Positions 26,245-36,315 of a stretch of DNA of 64,000 bases are shown here, piece by piece (the first letter of the stretch is position 1; every line of letters starts with the position of its first letter). The notes under the pieces were generated by a model that was not told the origin of the DNA, searched no databases, and saw nothing but the letters and a program-made list of their open reading frames with translations. A program made the translations under genes and the position numbers. The stretch comes from an uncultured Desulfospira sp. (GTDB lineage Bacteria > Desulfobacterota > Desulfobacteria > Desulfobacterales > Desulfobacteraceae): NCBI GenBank assembly GCA_963663165.1, contig OY760175.1:800001-864000 (forward strand). Reading direction: 5' to 3'.

Positions 26245-27218
26245 GACACCCCCCTTGCCGCTGCCCTGGCGCAGCACAAAACCCGGTGGGTTTTTGAAAT
26301 GGTGATCCAGACCGGGGTTTCTCCCTGCCCGCACGCCAAAGAGCAATCCTTGCAGTTCACCGAGAACCGGCACCTTGAAGAATCTGTTAGGAGATCGGCG
26401 GGTTCGAACCGGTCCGGCAGGGCCACCTTCTTCTTATGGTCCAGGGTTAAATAAGAGGCCAGCAGAATTCTGGTATACGGGTGAGACGGATTGGAAAAGA
26501 CCTCCTTTTTGGTTCCTTTTTCAACCACCTGGCCGGCGTACATCACGCATATTTCTTCGCACACAGCAGCAATAACCGCCATATCATGGGAAATAAAAAC
26601 AAGGCCGGACCGGGTCTGTTCCTGGATCTGCAGAATGGCCTTCAGGATCTGGTCCTGGACAATGACATCCAGGGCCGTGGTGGGTTCGTCGGCAATAATG
26701 ATATCCGGCCTGCAGGCCAGGGCCATGGCAATGACGGCCCGCTGCTTCATTCCGCCTGAGTATTCATGGGGATAATCTCTAATCCGGTCCAGAGGGATTT
26801 CCACCTGGTTGAACACCTCTTTGATGCGCTGGTCCACTGGTTGTTTATCCATCCCGCCCCCATGGGCGAGGATGGCTTCCCTGACCTGTTCGTCCACCCT
26901 CAACACCGGGTTCAGGGCATTCATGGCGGCCTGGAAAATCATGGCAATTTGGTTTCCCCGGATCAGCTGCCATTGGGTCTGGCTGGCCTGGGCCAGATTT
27001 TCACCGTTAAACTCAATCCGGCCATTTAAAATTTTACCGTTTTCCGGCAGCAGCCCCATCAGGGCCATGCCCAAGGTGGTCTTGCCGCATCCGGATTCTC
27101 CCACAAGCCCTAAAGGCCTGGCCGGTTCAACGTCAAAGGAAACATTGTCCACGGCCCGGACAAGCCCTCTGACACTGTTATACCCGATACTTAAATCTTT
27201 GATACTCAGCAGCGGCAT
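26241..27218 (-). CDS. Oligopeptide ABC transporter ATP-binding protein (OppD/DppD-like)
   Basis: GESGCGKTT, YSGGMKQR, ADEPTTALD. Confidence 0.92.
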   Translation of the reverse strand: MPLLSIKDLSIGYNSVRGLVRAVDNVSFDVEPARPLGLVGESGCGKTTLGMALMGLLPENGKILNGRIEFNGENLAQASQTQWQLIRGNQIAMIFQAAMNALNPVLRVDEQVREAILAHGGGMDKQPVDQRIKEVFNQVEIPLDRIRDYPHEYSGGMKQRAVIAMALACRPDIIIADEPTTALDVIVQDQILKAILQIQEQTRSGLVFISHDMAVIAAVCEEICVMYAGQVVEKGTKKEVFSNPSHPYTRILLASYLTLDHKKKVALPDRFEPADLLTDSSRCRFSVNCKDCSLACGQGETPVWITISKTHRVLCCARAAARGVS

Positions 27219-27222
27219 GGGG

Positions 27223-28110
27223 CTATCCTTCCTTTCGAAGCCTGGGGTCCAGGATCTCGTCCATGGCCCTTCCCACCATATAAAAGGCCAGGGTCAGCAA
27301 AGAGATGCAAAGGCCAGGGGGGATCAGCCAGTAAGGGGCCTGGAACATATGGCCGGATTTCCAGACCCATTGGAGCATCATGCCCCAGCTCACCTGGCTG
27401 GGATCGCCAAACCCCAAAAATGACAGGGCCGCTTCCGTTAAAATGGCCGAGGTGACCCTGAAGGTCATGTACAAAAAGGCCAGGGGCAGGACATTGGGGA
27501 GCATGTGCCTGAAAATGATCCGGACATGGGATGCCCCGGCCACCCGGGACGCCTCAATAAAGGGGCGGTGTTTCAAGGAAAGGGTCTGGGACCGGATCAC
27601 CCGTGCCACGGCAGGCCACCGCAAAATGGCAATGATAAACACGATGATCCAGATATTGAACTGGCCGAACAAGGAGGACAAGATCAATAAGATCACAAGA
27701 GAGGGCATGACCATGATGATATCGGCCGTCCTCATAAGGAAGGCATCTATCAGGCCGCCGGCATACCCGGATACCATTCCCACCAGGGTGCCGATAACAA
27801 TGCTGAAAAAGGCTGAAGACAGCCCTACAATAAAGGCCACCTTGGCCCCTTCGAGAAGCTGGGCCAAAATATCCCGGCCCACGTTGTCCGTCCCGAGCCA
27901 ATGGGTCAGGCTTGGCCCTTTGGACATGATAATATCCGGATCAATGCCGGTCATGGGATCGTACATGGCACCGGCCAGGGGCAGGGCAAAACTTGCCAGG
28001 GCCATGACCATGAAAATAAACAACAGCCCTAACCCGGTTTTTCCCAACGGGTTTTGAATAAAGAGTCCGAAAATATGATAAATGCGGTTGATACGGTATC
28101 TGCTGATCAC
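27223..28110 (-). CDS. Oligopeptide ABC transporter permease (OppC-like)
   Basis: HWLGTDNVGRD, EASRVAGAS, EAALSFLG. Confidence 0.92.
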   Translation of the reverse strand: MISRYRINRIYHIFGLFIQNPLGKTGLGLLFIFMVMALASFALPLAGAMYDPMTGIDPDIIMSKGPSLTHWLGTDNVGRDILAQLLEGAKVAFIVGLSSAFFSIVIGTLVGMVSGYAGGLIDAFLMRTADIIMVMPSLVILLILSSLFGQFNIWIIVFIIAILRWPAVARVIRSQTLSLKHRPFIEASRVAGASHVRIIFRHMLPNVLPLAFLYMTFRVTSAILTEAALSFLGFGDPSQVSWGMMLQWVWKSGHMFQAPYWLIPPGLCISLLTLAFYMVGRAMDEILDPRLRKEG

Positions 28111-28121
28111 GTTATTGTCTC

Positions 28122-29096
28122 CTAAATCCGGATTCTTGGATCCAGCCAGGCGTAAAGGACATCCACCAGAAGGTTGGCCATGAGCACCACCAGGGAAATG
28201 AGCAGAAAGCAGGCCTGGGCCAACGGATAATCGTTGTTGCTCACGGCAAAAATCAACTCCCGCCCGATACCGGGCCAGGTAAAAATCTGCTCGGTCAAGG
28301 CCCCGCCGTTAATGGAAAAGGCAAGGCTTAAGCCGATGCTGGTGATCACGGGCAGGGCCGCGTTCCTGGCCGCATGCCGGTTCCGGACAACCTTTTCACT
28401 CAAGCCCTTGGCCCGGGCCGTAAGGATATAGTCCTCTTTTAACACCGAGAGCATGGAAGACCTCATGAGCAGCAGGTAGGAGCCCAGGTTGATGATAAAC
28501 AAGGTGATCAAGGGCAGCATCAGATGGGCAAGGACATCCAGGGTCCTGTAAAGCAGCGGCGCCTTTATCAGCCACAGCTCCGGTGACAGGACCCCGCCCA
28601 GTGGGAAAACCCCCAGCTTGTAGCCCAGAAACCAGAGCAGCAGCAGGGCAAACCAGGGAACAAACAGGGTATGGCAGGCCAGGGCACCGAAGGACATGGC
28701 GTTGTCCAGCCGCCCGCCTTTGTGCCAGGCGGCAATCTTGCCTAAAAACACCCCGGCCATGGCCGAAAGGATGGTGGCGGTGGTAAACAGCAGGATGGTC
28801 CAGGGCAGCCGGTCGGCAATAATATCAAACACCGGCTCCCCATAATGAAAGGAGAGTCCGAAGTTGCCGGTGAAAAACTGCTTTAAGTAGATGATGTACT
28901 GGTCCCATAAGGGTTGGTTCAACCCCATCTGCTCAATCATATGGGCCATGTCTTCCGGGGTGAGCATGGGATCCACCACCCTTGACACCGGATCTCCCGG
29001 TGCCAGGCGGAACAAAAAAAAGAACAGGGTGAGGATGACAAAAAAGATCCCCATCATTTCCAGGAGCCTGAAGGCCATCATTCGAAATGGTTTCAT
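28122..29096 (-). CDS. Oligopeptide ABC transporter permease (OppB-like)
   Basis: APGDP, YILTARAKGL, TEQIFTWPGIG, LDPRI. Confidence 0.92.
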   Translation of the reverse strand: MKPFRMMAFRLLEMMGIFFVILTLFFFLFRLAPGDPVSRVVDPMLTPEDMAHMIEQMGLNQPLWDQYIIYLKQFFTGNFGLSFHYGEPVFDIIADRLPWTILLFTTATILSAMAGVFLGKIAAWHKGGRLDNAMSFGALACHTLFVPWFALLLLWFLGYKLGVFPLGGVLSPELWLIKAPLLYRTLDVLAHLMLPLITLFIINLGSYLLLMRSSMLSVLKEDYILTARAKGLSEKVVRNRHAARNAALPVITSIGLSLAFSINGGALTEQIFTWPGIGRELIFAVSNNDYPLAQACFLLISLVVLMANLLVDVLYAWLDPRIRI

Positions 29097-30844
29097 TATT
29101 TCAGATCCTTTGGCTTAAGGCGGCAAAGAGACCAGATATGGCCGATGCCGTCAACCTTTTCCACCCAGCCGTCAACACGGCCGGTGTAAACGGCCTCAAC
29201 AATATCCGGGTTATAAAGGGGAATATAAGGCAGGTCTTCGGATAAAATGGCCTGCATCTGCCAGATCTGTTCTCTTCTCATCTTCAGGTCGGTGGTGACC
29301 TGCTGTTCATCGGCCAACCGGTCAAACACCGGGTTGTTATACCCGCTCATGTTCCATCCCCGGGGCTTGTCGTTTTTGCTGTAAAAAAAGGCCCGCAAAT
29401 AGTCCGGGTCCAGGTCCAGCTTTCCGTACCCCAGGACAAAGGCCTGAAAGTCATGGCTTGTCTTGACCGTGTCCAGCAACGCCCCAAAAGCCATGGGCCG
29501 GGCATAGGCCGGCACGCCTAAGTTCCGAAACCATTCCTGGATCATGGTTCCGGCAAAGGCCCGTTTAGGGTCATAATCGGCCGGCGGGGTTAAAATGACC
29601 ACCCGTTCCATTTCCCGGCCGTCGGGCATGATGATGGCCGACGGGGTTCTTGCTCGGCCCGCTTCGTCAATGGGTTCGGTTTCCCAGGTATAGCCGGCCT
29701 CCTTGAGCATGGCAACCGCCCCGGCCAGCCGTTGATCCGGGGCCATGTCGCTGCCGTATGGGACCACATGGGGGTTGGTCCAGTAACGGTTGCCCGAAGG
29801 GACAATGGTATTCATGGCCTCGCCGTAGGATTGAAGAATCCGCTTAAGGATAAATTCACGGTCGATCATCAAGGACAACGCCTGCCGCAACGTCTTGTCA
29901 TTAAACGGCGCTTTACGAAGATTAAACCCCAGATAATACAGGGCGCTTTTCCGGTTAAAGTAAAGGGATACCAGGGGATCGCGCTCAAGGCTTTTAATGT
30001 AGCCGGGCTGGATATCCCACCAGTAATAGTCAATATCCCCTTTTTGCAGGGCAAGGATGGCCACATCGCTGGTGCCGTAAATCTTGAACAGGATGTTGTC
30101 CATAAAAGGCCCAAGGGCCATACCGCCGATGGTCTGGCCCTGTCCGAAAAAATAAGCATTCCGTTTCATATGAATATACCCGCCTTTGCGGTATTCGGAC
30201 AATACAAAGGGGCCGGTCCCCAAAGGACATTCAATGTTCTGGGCCTGAAGGCTTCGCAGCGGTTTTTCACAGGTTTTGGCAAAGGCCGCCCGGTTTTCCC
30301 ACTCTTTTCTGGACACAATGGGAGAGGTCAGGACCCGGGGTTCAAATATAGCGGACGGCTCTTTGAGGTGGAACACCACGGTTTTGGGATCAGGGGTCTC
30401 ACAATGGGAAATGATCTTCCATTTACTGTAATACTTGGGGATTTTAAAATCAAACACCAGCTGCTGGGTGAACCGCACATCCTCACTGGTAAAAGGGGAA
30501 CCGTCTGACCATTTGGCATCTTTAAGGGTAACCGTGCAGGTGAGCTTTTCCCAGTCAAACACCGGGTCTTTGGCGGCAAGCCAGGGAATGATGTCAAGGG
30601 TCTTGGGATCCCGGCAAAACAAGGGCTGGTAGATCAGGGACAGGATCTTTTGTGAATTGGCATCGGTCCCGAGAAACAGGTTCAGGGAATTGGGTTCTTC
30701 GGGTATCCCGATTTTTAAAAAATTATCCGTGACCGGTTGATAACACGCCGATAAGGCCCAGGCGGCGGCAAACAGAAAAGCGGACAACACCAGACGATTT
30801 AATCGATGAGGCCTTGTCCCTTGAACCGGCAGATGACCCTTCAT
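29096..30844 (-). CDS. Peptide ABC transporter substrate-binding lipoprotein (family 5)
   Basis: Lipobox LSAC, KWSDGSPFTSEDV, GTGPF, DLPYIPLY. Confidence 0.9.
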   Translation of the reverse strand: MKGHLPVQGTRPHRLNRLVLSAFLFAAAWALSACYQPVTDNFLKIGIPEEPNSLNLFLGTDANSQKILSLIYQPLFCRDPKTLDIIPWLAAKDPVFDWEKLTCTVTLKDAKWSDGSPFTSEDVRFTQQLVFDFKIPKYYSKWKIISHCETPDPKTVVFHLKEPSAIFEPRVLTSPIVSRKEWENRAAFAKTCEKPLRSLQAQNIECPLGTGPFVLSEYRKGGYIHMKRNAYFFGQGQTIGGMALGPFMDNILFKIYGTSDVAILALQKGDIDYYWWDIQPGYIKSLERDPLVSLYFNRKSALYYLGFNLRKAPFNDKTLRQALSLMIDREFILKRILQSYGEAMNTIVPSGNRYWTNPHVVPYGSDMAPDQRLAGAVAMLKEAGYTWETEPIDEAGRARTPSAIIMPDGREMERVVILTPPADYDPKRAFAGTMIQEWFRNLGVPAYARPMAFGALLDTVKTSHDFQAFVLGYGKLDLDPDYLRAFFYSKNDKPRGWNMSGYNNPVFDRLADEQQVTTDLKMRREQIWQMQAILSEDLPYIPLYNPDIVEAVYTGRVDGWVEKVDGIGHIWSLCRLKPKDLK

Positions 30845-31827
30845 GGGGTGATCCCAATCTTTTGTTCGATAAAATCAACCACGCAATTTTCCAGTCTGGC
30901 CCCTGTCAAATGATTGATCCGGGGAATTCCCCCGGGGCTGACACAGTTGACTTCCACGAGTTTGTCGCCAATAATGTCGATTCCCACAAAATAAAGCCCG
31001 TCCTGAACCAGTTTGGGCTTGATCCGCTCACAAACGGCTATCTGGGCCGGTGTCAGGTCGTGCTTGAACACATGGGCCCCGGCATGGACATTGGTTCTAA
31101 AATCATTATCCGCCGAAAGCCGTCCCATGGCCCCTAAAATCTCCCCGTTGAGCAGCAGGACCCGAACATCCCCGTCTGTTTTGACGGCCTTGAGGTACTC
31201 CTGGACCATGATGGGCTTCCGCCGGGCATAGGGACGGTCCACCGTGACATAATAGTTGATCAGGGAGTTTAAATTTTCCCGGTCCCGGTTGCTGACCTTG
31301 ATAACCCCGTGGCCCCCGTGGCCGTGAAGGGGCTTGATGATCATGTCCCCGCCAAAATCATCAATGATTTTCTTAAGGCGGCTGGGGTCCCTGGACACAT
31401 GGGTCTCGGGAATAATGTCCGGAAAGTTAAGGATATATGCCTTTGAGTTGCCGTTGAGCTGGCCTAGGGTGGAATTGATCATGAACACCTTATCGCTCAC
31501 AGGCCCTAAAAATTCCATGGCTTCATGGTTGATGGGCGGGTCCTTTCTTAAAAACAGCACATCGAGATCCGTTACAATCTCGAAGATCAGCTCTTCGTTT
31601 TCCAGGCACAGGATCAGCTCGCTCCAGTAGGTTTTCAGGCTTAACCCGGGAGCAACGGTAATATTGCGCATTCTGGCCACCACCTGGTTTTTCCGGATAT
31701 AAATATCATGGGGCTCAAAAAAATAAACCCGGTGGCGGCGCTGGTTGCACTCGTACATGATATGGGCGGTGGTCTCCCATTGCGGATCAATCCCCCTTAA
31801 ATCATCCATTAAGAACCCGATGTCCAT
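30841..31827 (-). CDS. gshB: Glutathione synthetase-like ATP-grasp ligase
   Basis: FLMD, LRKDPP, IKPLHGHGG.GV, GDVRV, FRTNVHAG, FVGIDIIG..EVNCVSPGG. Confidence 0.8.
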   Translation of the reverse strand: MDIGFLMDDLRGIDPQWETTAHIMYECNQRRHRVYFFEPHDIYIRKNQVVARMRNITVAPGLSLKTYWSELILCLENEELIFEIVTDLDVLFLRKDPPINHEAMEFLGPVSDKVFMINSTLGQLNGNSKAYILNFPDIIPETHVSRDPSRLKKIIDDFGGDMIIKPLHGHGGHGVIKVSNRDRENLNSLINYYVTVDRPYARRKPIMVQEYLKAVKTDGDVRVLLLNGEILGAMGRLSADNDFRTNVHAGAHVFKHDLTPAQIAVCERIKPKLVQDGLYFVGIDIIGDKLVEVNCVSPGGIPRINHLTGARLENCVVDFIEQKIGITP

Positions 31828-32021
31828 CCTGTTTTTTCTCCATGAAAAGAAACGGTTTCTAAAAAATTTATTTTTATGCCAAAGCACTGTAGATGTCAAA
31901 CCGGACCTTTAGCGTTCAGGCCTGGAAAGAATGAAAACAGTGAAACTTTCACATCACAAAGAAGTATGATAATAGATGAATTATCCCAAAAGAAACATGA
32001 AAATATGAATGATCACCCCAT

Positions 32022-33578
32022 ATGATCCATAAACTGAGCCTGCGCATGCCGCCTGAAACAGCCGCCGATCCTGAAGCGATTCGAAAGGCCGCTGCCCAAC
32101 ATGTGCCCTGTGACCTGTCCGATATTAACGCTGTTCGCATTGATCGGCGCTCTCTTGATGCACGGGGCACAACCCCGAAATTCGAACTTATGGTATCGGT
32201 TTATTGCGGGCAGGCACCGCCTGACCCCTGCCCGCCCAAAGTGTATCCGCAAATCAAATCAAAACAGCGGGTGGTGATCGTGGGCGCCGGTCCCGCCGGT
32301 CTTTTTGCAGCACTCAGGCTGATCGAACATAACATTTGCCCCGTCATTCTCGAACGGGGAAAGGATGTGCGCAGCCGGCGCTTTGACCTTAAAGCCATCA
32401 ACGTTCAGGGCATCTGTGATCCGGACTCCAATTACTGCTTTGGGGAGGGCGGCGCTGGCACCTACAGTGACGGCAAGCTGTACACCCGGTCCACCAAGCG
32501 CGGCAAAATAGATGATATTTTGTCTGTCCTGGTCCGGCACGGCGCGGCCCGGGACATTCTCATTGACACCCATGCCCACATCGGCTCCAACCGGCTGCCC
32601 CGGATCATTGCCGCCATTCGGCAGACCATCCTTGACAGCAACGGTGAAATCCATTTCAATTCCCGGGTGACGGGCCTGATGATATCCCAAACCGGCATCA
32701 CCGGTGTGCGGACACCGGACAAAGAGGTTGCGGCCGATGCCGTAATTCTGGCCACAGGCCATTCTGCCAGGGATATCTATGGGCTGCTCAAGGAAAACGG
32801 GATATCCCTTGAATCCAAACCCTTTGCCGTTGGTGTGCGAATTGAGCATCCCCAGGCCCTGATCAATTCGATTCAGTACGGACGGAATGCGAAGAATCCC
32901 CACCTGCCCACGGCCAGTTACCGGCTGGCCTGCCAGGTCAACGGGGCGGGGGTTTATTCCTTTTGCATGTGCCCGGGGGGAATGCTGGTGCCAGCGGCCA
33001 CGGCCCCGGGCGAGCTGGTCCTTAACGGCATGTCCAATTCCGCCAGGAATCTTCCCCATGCCAATGCAGGGATAGTGGTGACCGTGGATAAACCCCTCTG
33101 GGAAAATCATAAGAATAAAGGCCCTCTGGCCGGCCTGTTGTTTCAGCAGGCCCTTGAAACCCGCGCCTATGCCGCCGGGGGAAAAACCATGGCCGCACCG
33201 GCACAGCGGCTGACGGATTTTCTGGCGGACAAACCCTCAATGTCACTGCCCCACACCTCCTATCTGCCCGGCGCGGTGAGTTTTCCGGTCAGACAGGTCC
33301 TGGGCGGGTTTATTACCCATGCCTTAAAGGACGGGTTTAAACAGTTTGACCGGAAGATGAGAGGGTTTATTACCAGCGAGGCCCTTGTCCTGGCGGTGGA
33401 AAGCCGCACCAGCTCACCGGTCCGCATCCCAAGAGATCCGGGGACCCGGATGCATCCTCAGCTTTCCGGGCTGTTTCCGGCAGGAGAAGGCTCGGGTTAC
33501 AGCGGCGGGATTGTCTCCAGCGCCCTGGACGGACAGCTCAGCGCCGATGCGGCCGCCGGATTCCTGGGGGCCGGATAA
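32022..33578 (+). CDS. FAD-dependent oxidoreductase
   Basis: GAGPAG, FGEGGAGTYSDGKL, ATGHSARD, FCMCPGG, GEGSGYSGG. Confidence 0.9.
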   Translation: MIHKLSLRMPPETAADPEAIRKAAAQHVPCDLSDINAVRIDRRSLDARGTTPKFELMVSVYCGQAPPDPCPPKVYPQIKSKQRVVIVGAGPAGLFAALRLIEHNICPVILERGKDVRSRRFDLKAINVQGICDPDSNYCFGEGGAGTYSDGKLYTRSTKRGKIDDILSVLVRHGAARDILIDTHAHIGSNRLPRIIAAIRQTILDSNGEIHFNSRVTGLMISQTGITGVRTPDKEVAADAVILATGHSARDIYGLLKENGISLESKPFAVGVRIEHPQALINSIQYGRNAKNPHLPTASYRLACQVNGAGVYSFCMCPGGMLVPAATAPGELVLNGMSNSARNLPHANAGIVVTVDKPLWENHKNKGPLAGLLFQQALETRAYAAGGKTMAAPAQRLTDFLADKPSMSLPHTSYLPGAVSFPVRQVLGGFITHALKDGFKQFDRKMRGFITSEALVLAVESRTSSPVRIPRDPGTRMHPQLSGLFPAGEGSGYSGGIVSSALDGQLSADAAAGFLGAG

Positions 33579-33673
33579 CCGCAATTATGTAAATAAAGAG
33601 ACCGGAGACTGGAAACAAGAGAGAATAAAGCAAGGAGTCGAAGCCCCTTTGTGGTGTTTGGCGAAAGCCAAAC

Positions 33674-33810
33674 CTCGGTGCCCTCTGTGGTTTAAAAATA
33701 TGAAATCCCGAAGGGGTTGAATTATTCTTCTTTAACCTCCTGGTTTTGTAAATTGTGGGCTTTGCCCACTCTTTAAATTTAACCACAGAGGGGCACAGAG
33801 TAGCACAGAG
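33674..33810. repeat. Inverted CACAGAG-type intergenic repeat
   Basis: ctcggtgccctctgtggtttaa ... ttaaccacagaggggcacagagtagcacagag. Confidence 0.65.
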
Positions 33811-33963
33811 TTTCAGTGCTGCGCACTGAAATTGCATTCGGTAAGCTCAAACCGTGGGAAAGTTACATGCGATTGCCCTGCTATTACGTCCCGTCCGGTT
33901 GCAAAAACCGGTTTTAATGGTTAATTTCTAAGGCAATCCATATTTTTAACAGGAGTTTTATTC

Positions 33964-36315
33964 ATGAGAACCCATACCCGCCTTGATTATCCATCCGGTC
34001 ACGCCACGTTGAGCCTGGTCCCGTTGATACGATTCTGGCAGGAGAAGATTATTGCCCGGTTTCCGGGCATGGCAACGGCGTTTGAGCAGATGATGAAAAC
34101 CATGCCCGTGGCGTTTGAATCAGACATTCATGATACCGGGGTGTTGAAGGACCACAGAGAATCCCTTGACGCACTGATGAGTGCCGTTGTACCGCCGGCA
34201 TCTTATGAAAAGGAGATGATGGCGGCCTTTATCCCCTGCTCTTTTAAATCTTTTTATGCCACCCCGGAATTTGAACGGCTGTTTCTGGACCCTTCGGGCT
34301 GTCTTGGCCAGACCCTGAAAAACGAGCTCACCTTTCACTCAAATAAAAAGCCCCTTAAGCCTTATCACCTGGTCCTGAACCGGATTTATGATTTCCCCTG
34401 CCCTTTTTTAACCACCGGGGATGTCAGAACCCTGGTAGAGGAAGCCACCGGCCTGACAAAATATTATGAGGATTCATACGACCATCAGTTTGTGGACCTT
34501 GTCCCCCTGGCGCCACCCAAGCCATTGAATGACGAAGACCGCAGGCAGATCATGGCCCATCTGACTGACGTTGACCTGTTAAACCAATTCATAAACCTGG
34601 ATCAATACGAATTTAAAGGATTTGTTATTTCCAGAATTCAGGATGTCACCCCAAAAGAAATCATTTCCGCCCTTGAGCGGGACCTGGTGGATGAGAACTC
34701 GGTTTTTTCTTCCCAAGGCATCCAGCTGCTGGAATCCCGGCTCCAGTCGTTGTTTAAAAAACCGGACTTGGGCGTGGCCATCGCCGCCCTGCAGGAAAAC
34801 CAGGTCATGATCACCAAGAACGACCACCACTCCAAGATCAACTGCCTGTTCGCCAACTCCCACCATATCCCTTTGGCAGACCTTCAAGACTCGGTCTGGG
34901 CAAAAGCGGCCCATGAGGCGTCGGTATTAAGGGTGCCTGACCTTTCGGCCAAAACACCCCTTAACCCCAATGAACAAGTGGCCGTGACCGCCGGCATAAG
35001 GTCCATGCTGCTGTCCCCCTTGTATTACCAGGGGGAGAAAATCGGCCTTCTGGAAATTTATTCGCCCTACCCCAATGACTTAAGCTCCTTTGACGCCATT
35101 CTCATGGAACAGATTTCCCCGTTGTTTGCCGTGGCACTGAAACGGGGGCTCGATGAGGTGGGCAAACATGTCCAGAGGGTGATCAAAGAACAGTGTACCG
35201 CGGTCCACCCATCCGTTGAATGGCGGTTTGAAAAAGAGGCCATGGCCCACCTTGAACGGGTCCGGAAGGGGGATACGGACTCTAAAATGAAAGATATTGT
35301 ATTCAAAGATGTGATCCCTTTTTACGGGGCATCAGACATCAGGGGCTCTTCCAAAGCCCGTAACCAGGGCATTCAGCAGGACATGACCCGCCAACTGTCC
35401 ATGGCCCGGGATATTATGGCTGCCGCCGCCCTGGAACGCCCCTGGCCCCTGTTAAATGAATATGCCAAAAGAATTGACAGCCTGACTTGCAAAATTGATC
35501 AGGGGGTGACCTCCAATGACGAAAACACGGTATTTTCCCTTCTCAACCATGAGGTTTTACCCACCTTTGGCTCTCTTACCGGAATCAGCAGCGAGATAGA
35601 CCGCATGATTGACCAATATAACCAAGCCACTGATCCGGTCACCGGCATGATCCATGACAAGCGAAAAGATTACGAAGACAGCGTGGCCGCATTGAATACG
35701 GTGCTTTCCAATTTTCTCGAGCGCGAGGACGCTAAAGTCCAGGCATCCTTTCCCCATTACTTTGAAAAACGGCAGACCGACGGGGTGGATTATATGATGT
35801 ACATTGGCGGTTCCATGACCCCGGACGGCAGGCTTTCGGGGTTTCATGTCAAAGACATGACCTTATGGCAGATCATGACCGCCTGCGGCCTGGCCGTTCA
35901 TGCCGAAAGAATCAAACCGGATCTTAAGATTGAACTGTCCACCTGCCACCTGATCCTGGTCAACCACACCCCCTTGTCCATCCGGTTCAGGTATGATGAA
36001 AAACGGTTTGATGTGGACTCGGCCTATAACACCCGCCAGGAAATCATCAAATCCCGGCTGGACAAAGCCCTGGTCAAGGGGTCAGGTCAGCGGCTGACCC
36101 AGCCCGGGAAAATTGCCCTGGTCTATTCAAGCCCCGGTGAAGGCAAACAAATCCGGCAGCACCTTGAATACCTGGCTGGCCTGGGAAAGACCAAAAAAGA
36201 AATTGAATCCTTTGATATTGAGGACCTGCCTGATGTCAGGGGGCTTAAGGCCATGCGGGTGACGGTAAACACTGAATCGGGCTTGGCGAAAAACATCATT
36301 CCGATTCGGGCGTGA
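33964..36315 (+). CDS. GAF-domain-containing protein of unknown function
   Basis: GIRSMLLSPLYYQGEKIGLLEI (GAF); conserved-looking blocks HPSVEWRF, SDIRGSS, FPHYFEKRQTDGVDY, DEKRFDVD. Confidence 0.75.
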   Translation: MRTHTRLDYPSGHATLSLVPLIRFWQEKIIARFPGMATAFEQMMKTMPVAFESDIHDTGVLKDHRESLDALMSAVVPPASYEKEMMAAFIPCSFKSFYATPEFERLFLDPSGCLGQTLKNELTFHSNKKPLKPYHLVLNRIYDFPCPFLTTGDVRTLVEEATGLTKYYEDSYDHQFVDLVPLAPPKPLNDEDRRQIMAHLTDVDLLNQFINLDQYEFKGFVISRIQDVTPKEIISALERDLVDENSVFSSQGIQLLESRLQSLFKKPDLGVAIAALQENQVMITKNDHHSKINCLFANSHHIPLADLQDSVWAKAAHEASVLRVPDLSAKTPLNPNEQVAVTAGIRSMLLSPLYYQGEKIGLLEIYSPYPNDLSSFDAILMEQISPLFAVALKRGLDEVGKHVQRVIKEQCTAVHPSVEWRFEKEAMAHLERVRKGDTDSKMKDIVFKDVIPFYGASDIRGSSKARNQGIQQDMTRQLSMARDIMAAAALERPWPLLNEYAKRIDSLTCKIDQGVTSNDENTVFSLLNHEVLPTFGSLTGISSEIDRMIDQYNQATDPVTGMIHDKRKDYEDSVAALNTVLSNFLEREDAKVQASFPHYFEKRQTDGVDYMMYIGGSMTPDGRLSGFHVKDMTLWQIMTACGLAVHAERIKPDLKIELSTCHLILVNHTPLSIRFRYDEKRFDVDSAYNTRQEIIKSRLDKALVKGSGQRLTQPGKIALVYSSPGEGKQIRQHLEYLAGLGKTKKEIESFDIEDLPDVRGLKAMRVTVNTESGLAKNIIPIRA

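Noticed and set aside
29732..30508. 258-aa plus-strand ORF
   Set aside because: Antisense shadow of the ABC substrate-binding protein.
32259..33110. 283-aa minus-strand ORF
   Set aside because: Antisense to the well-supported FAD oxidoreductase; no motifs.
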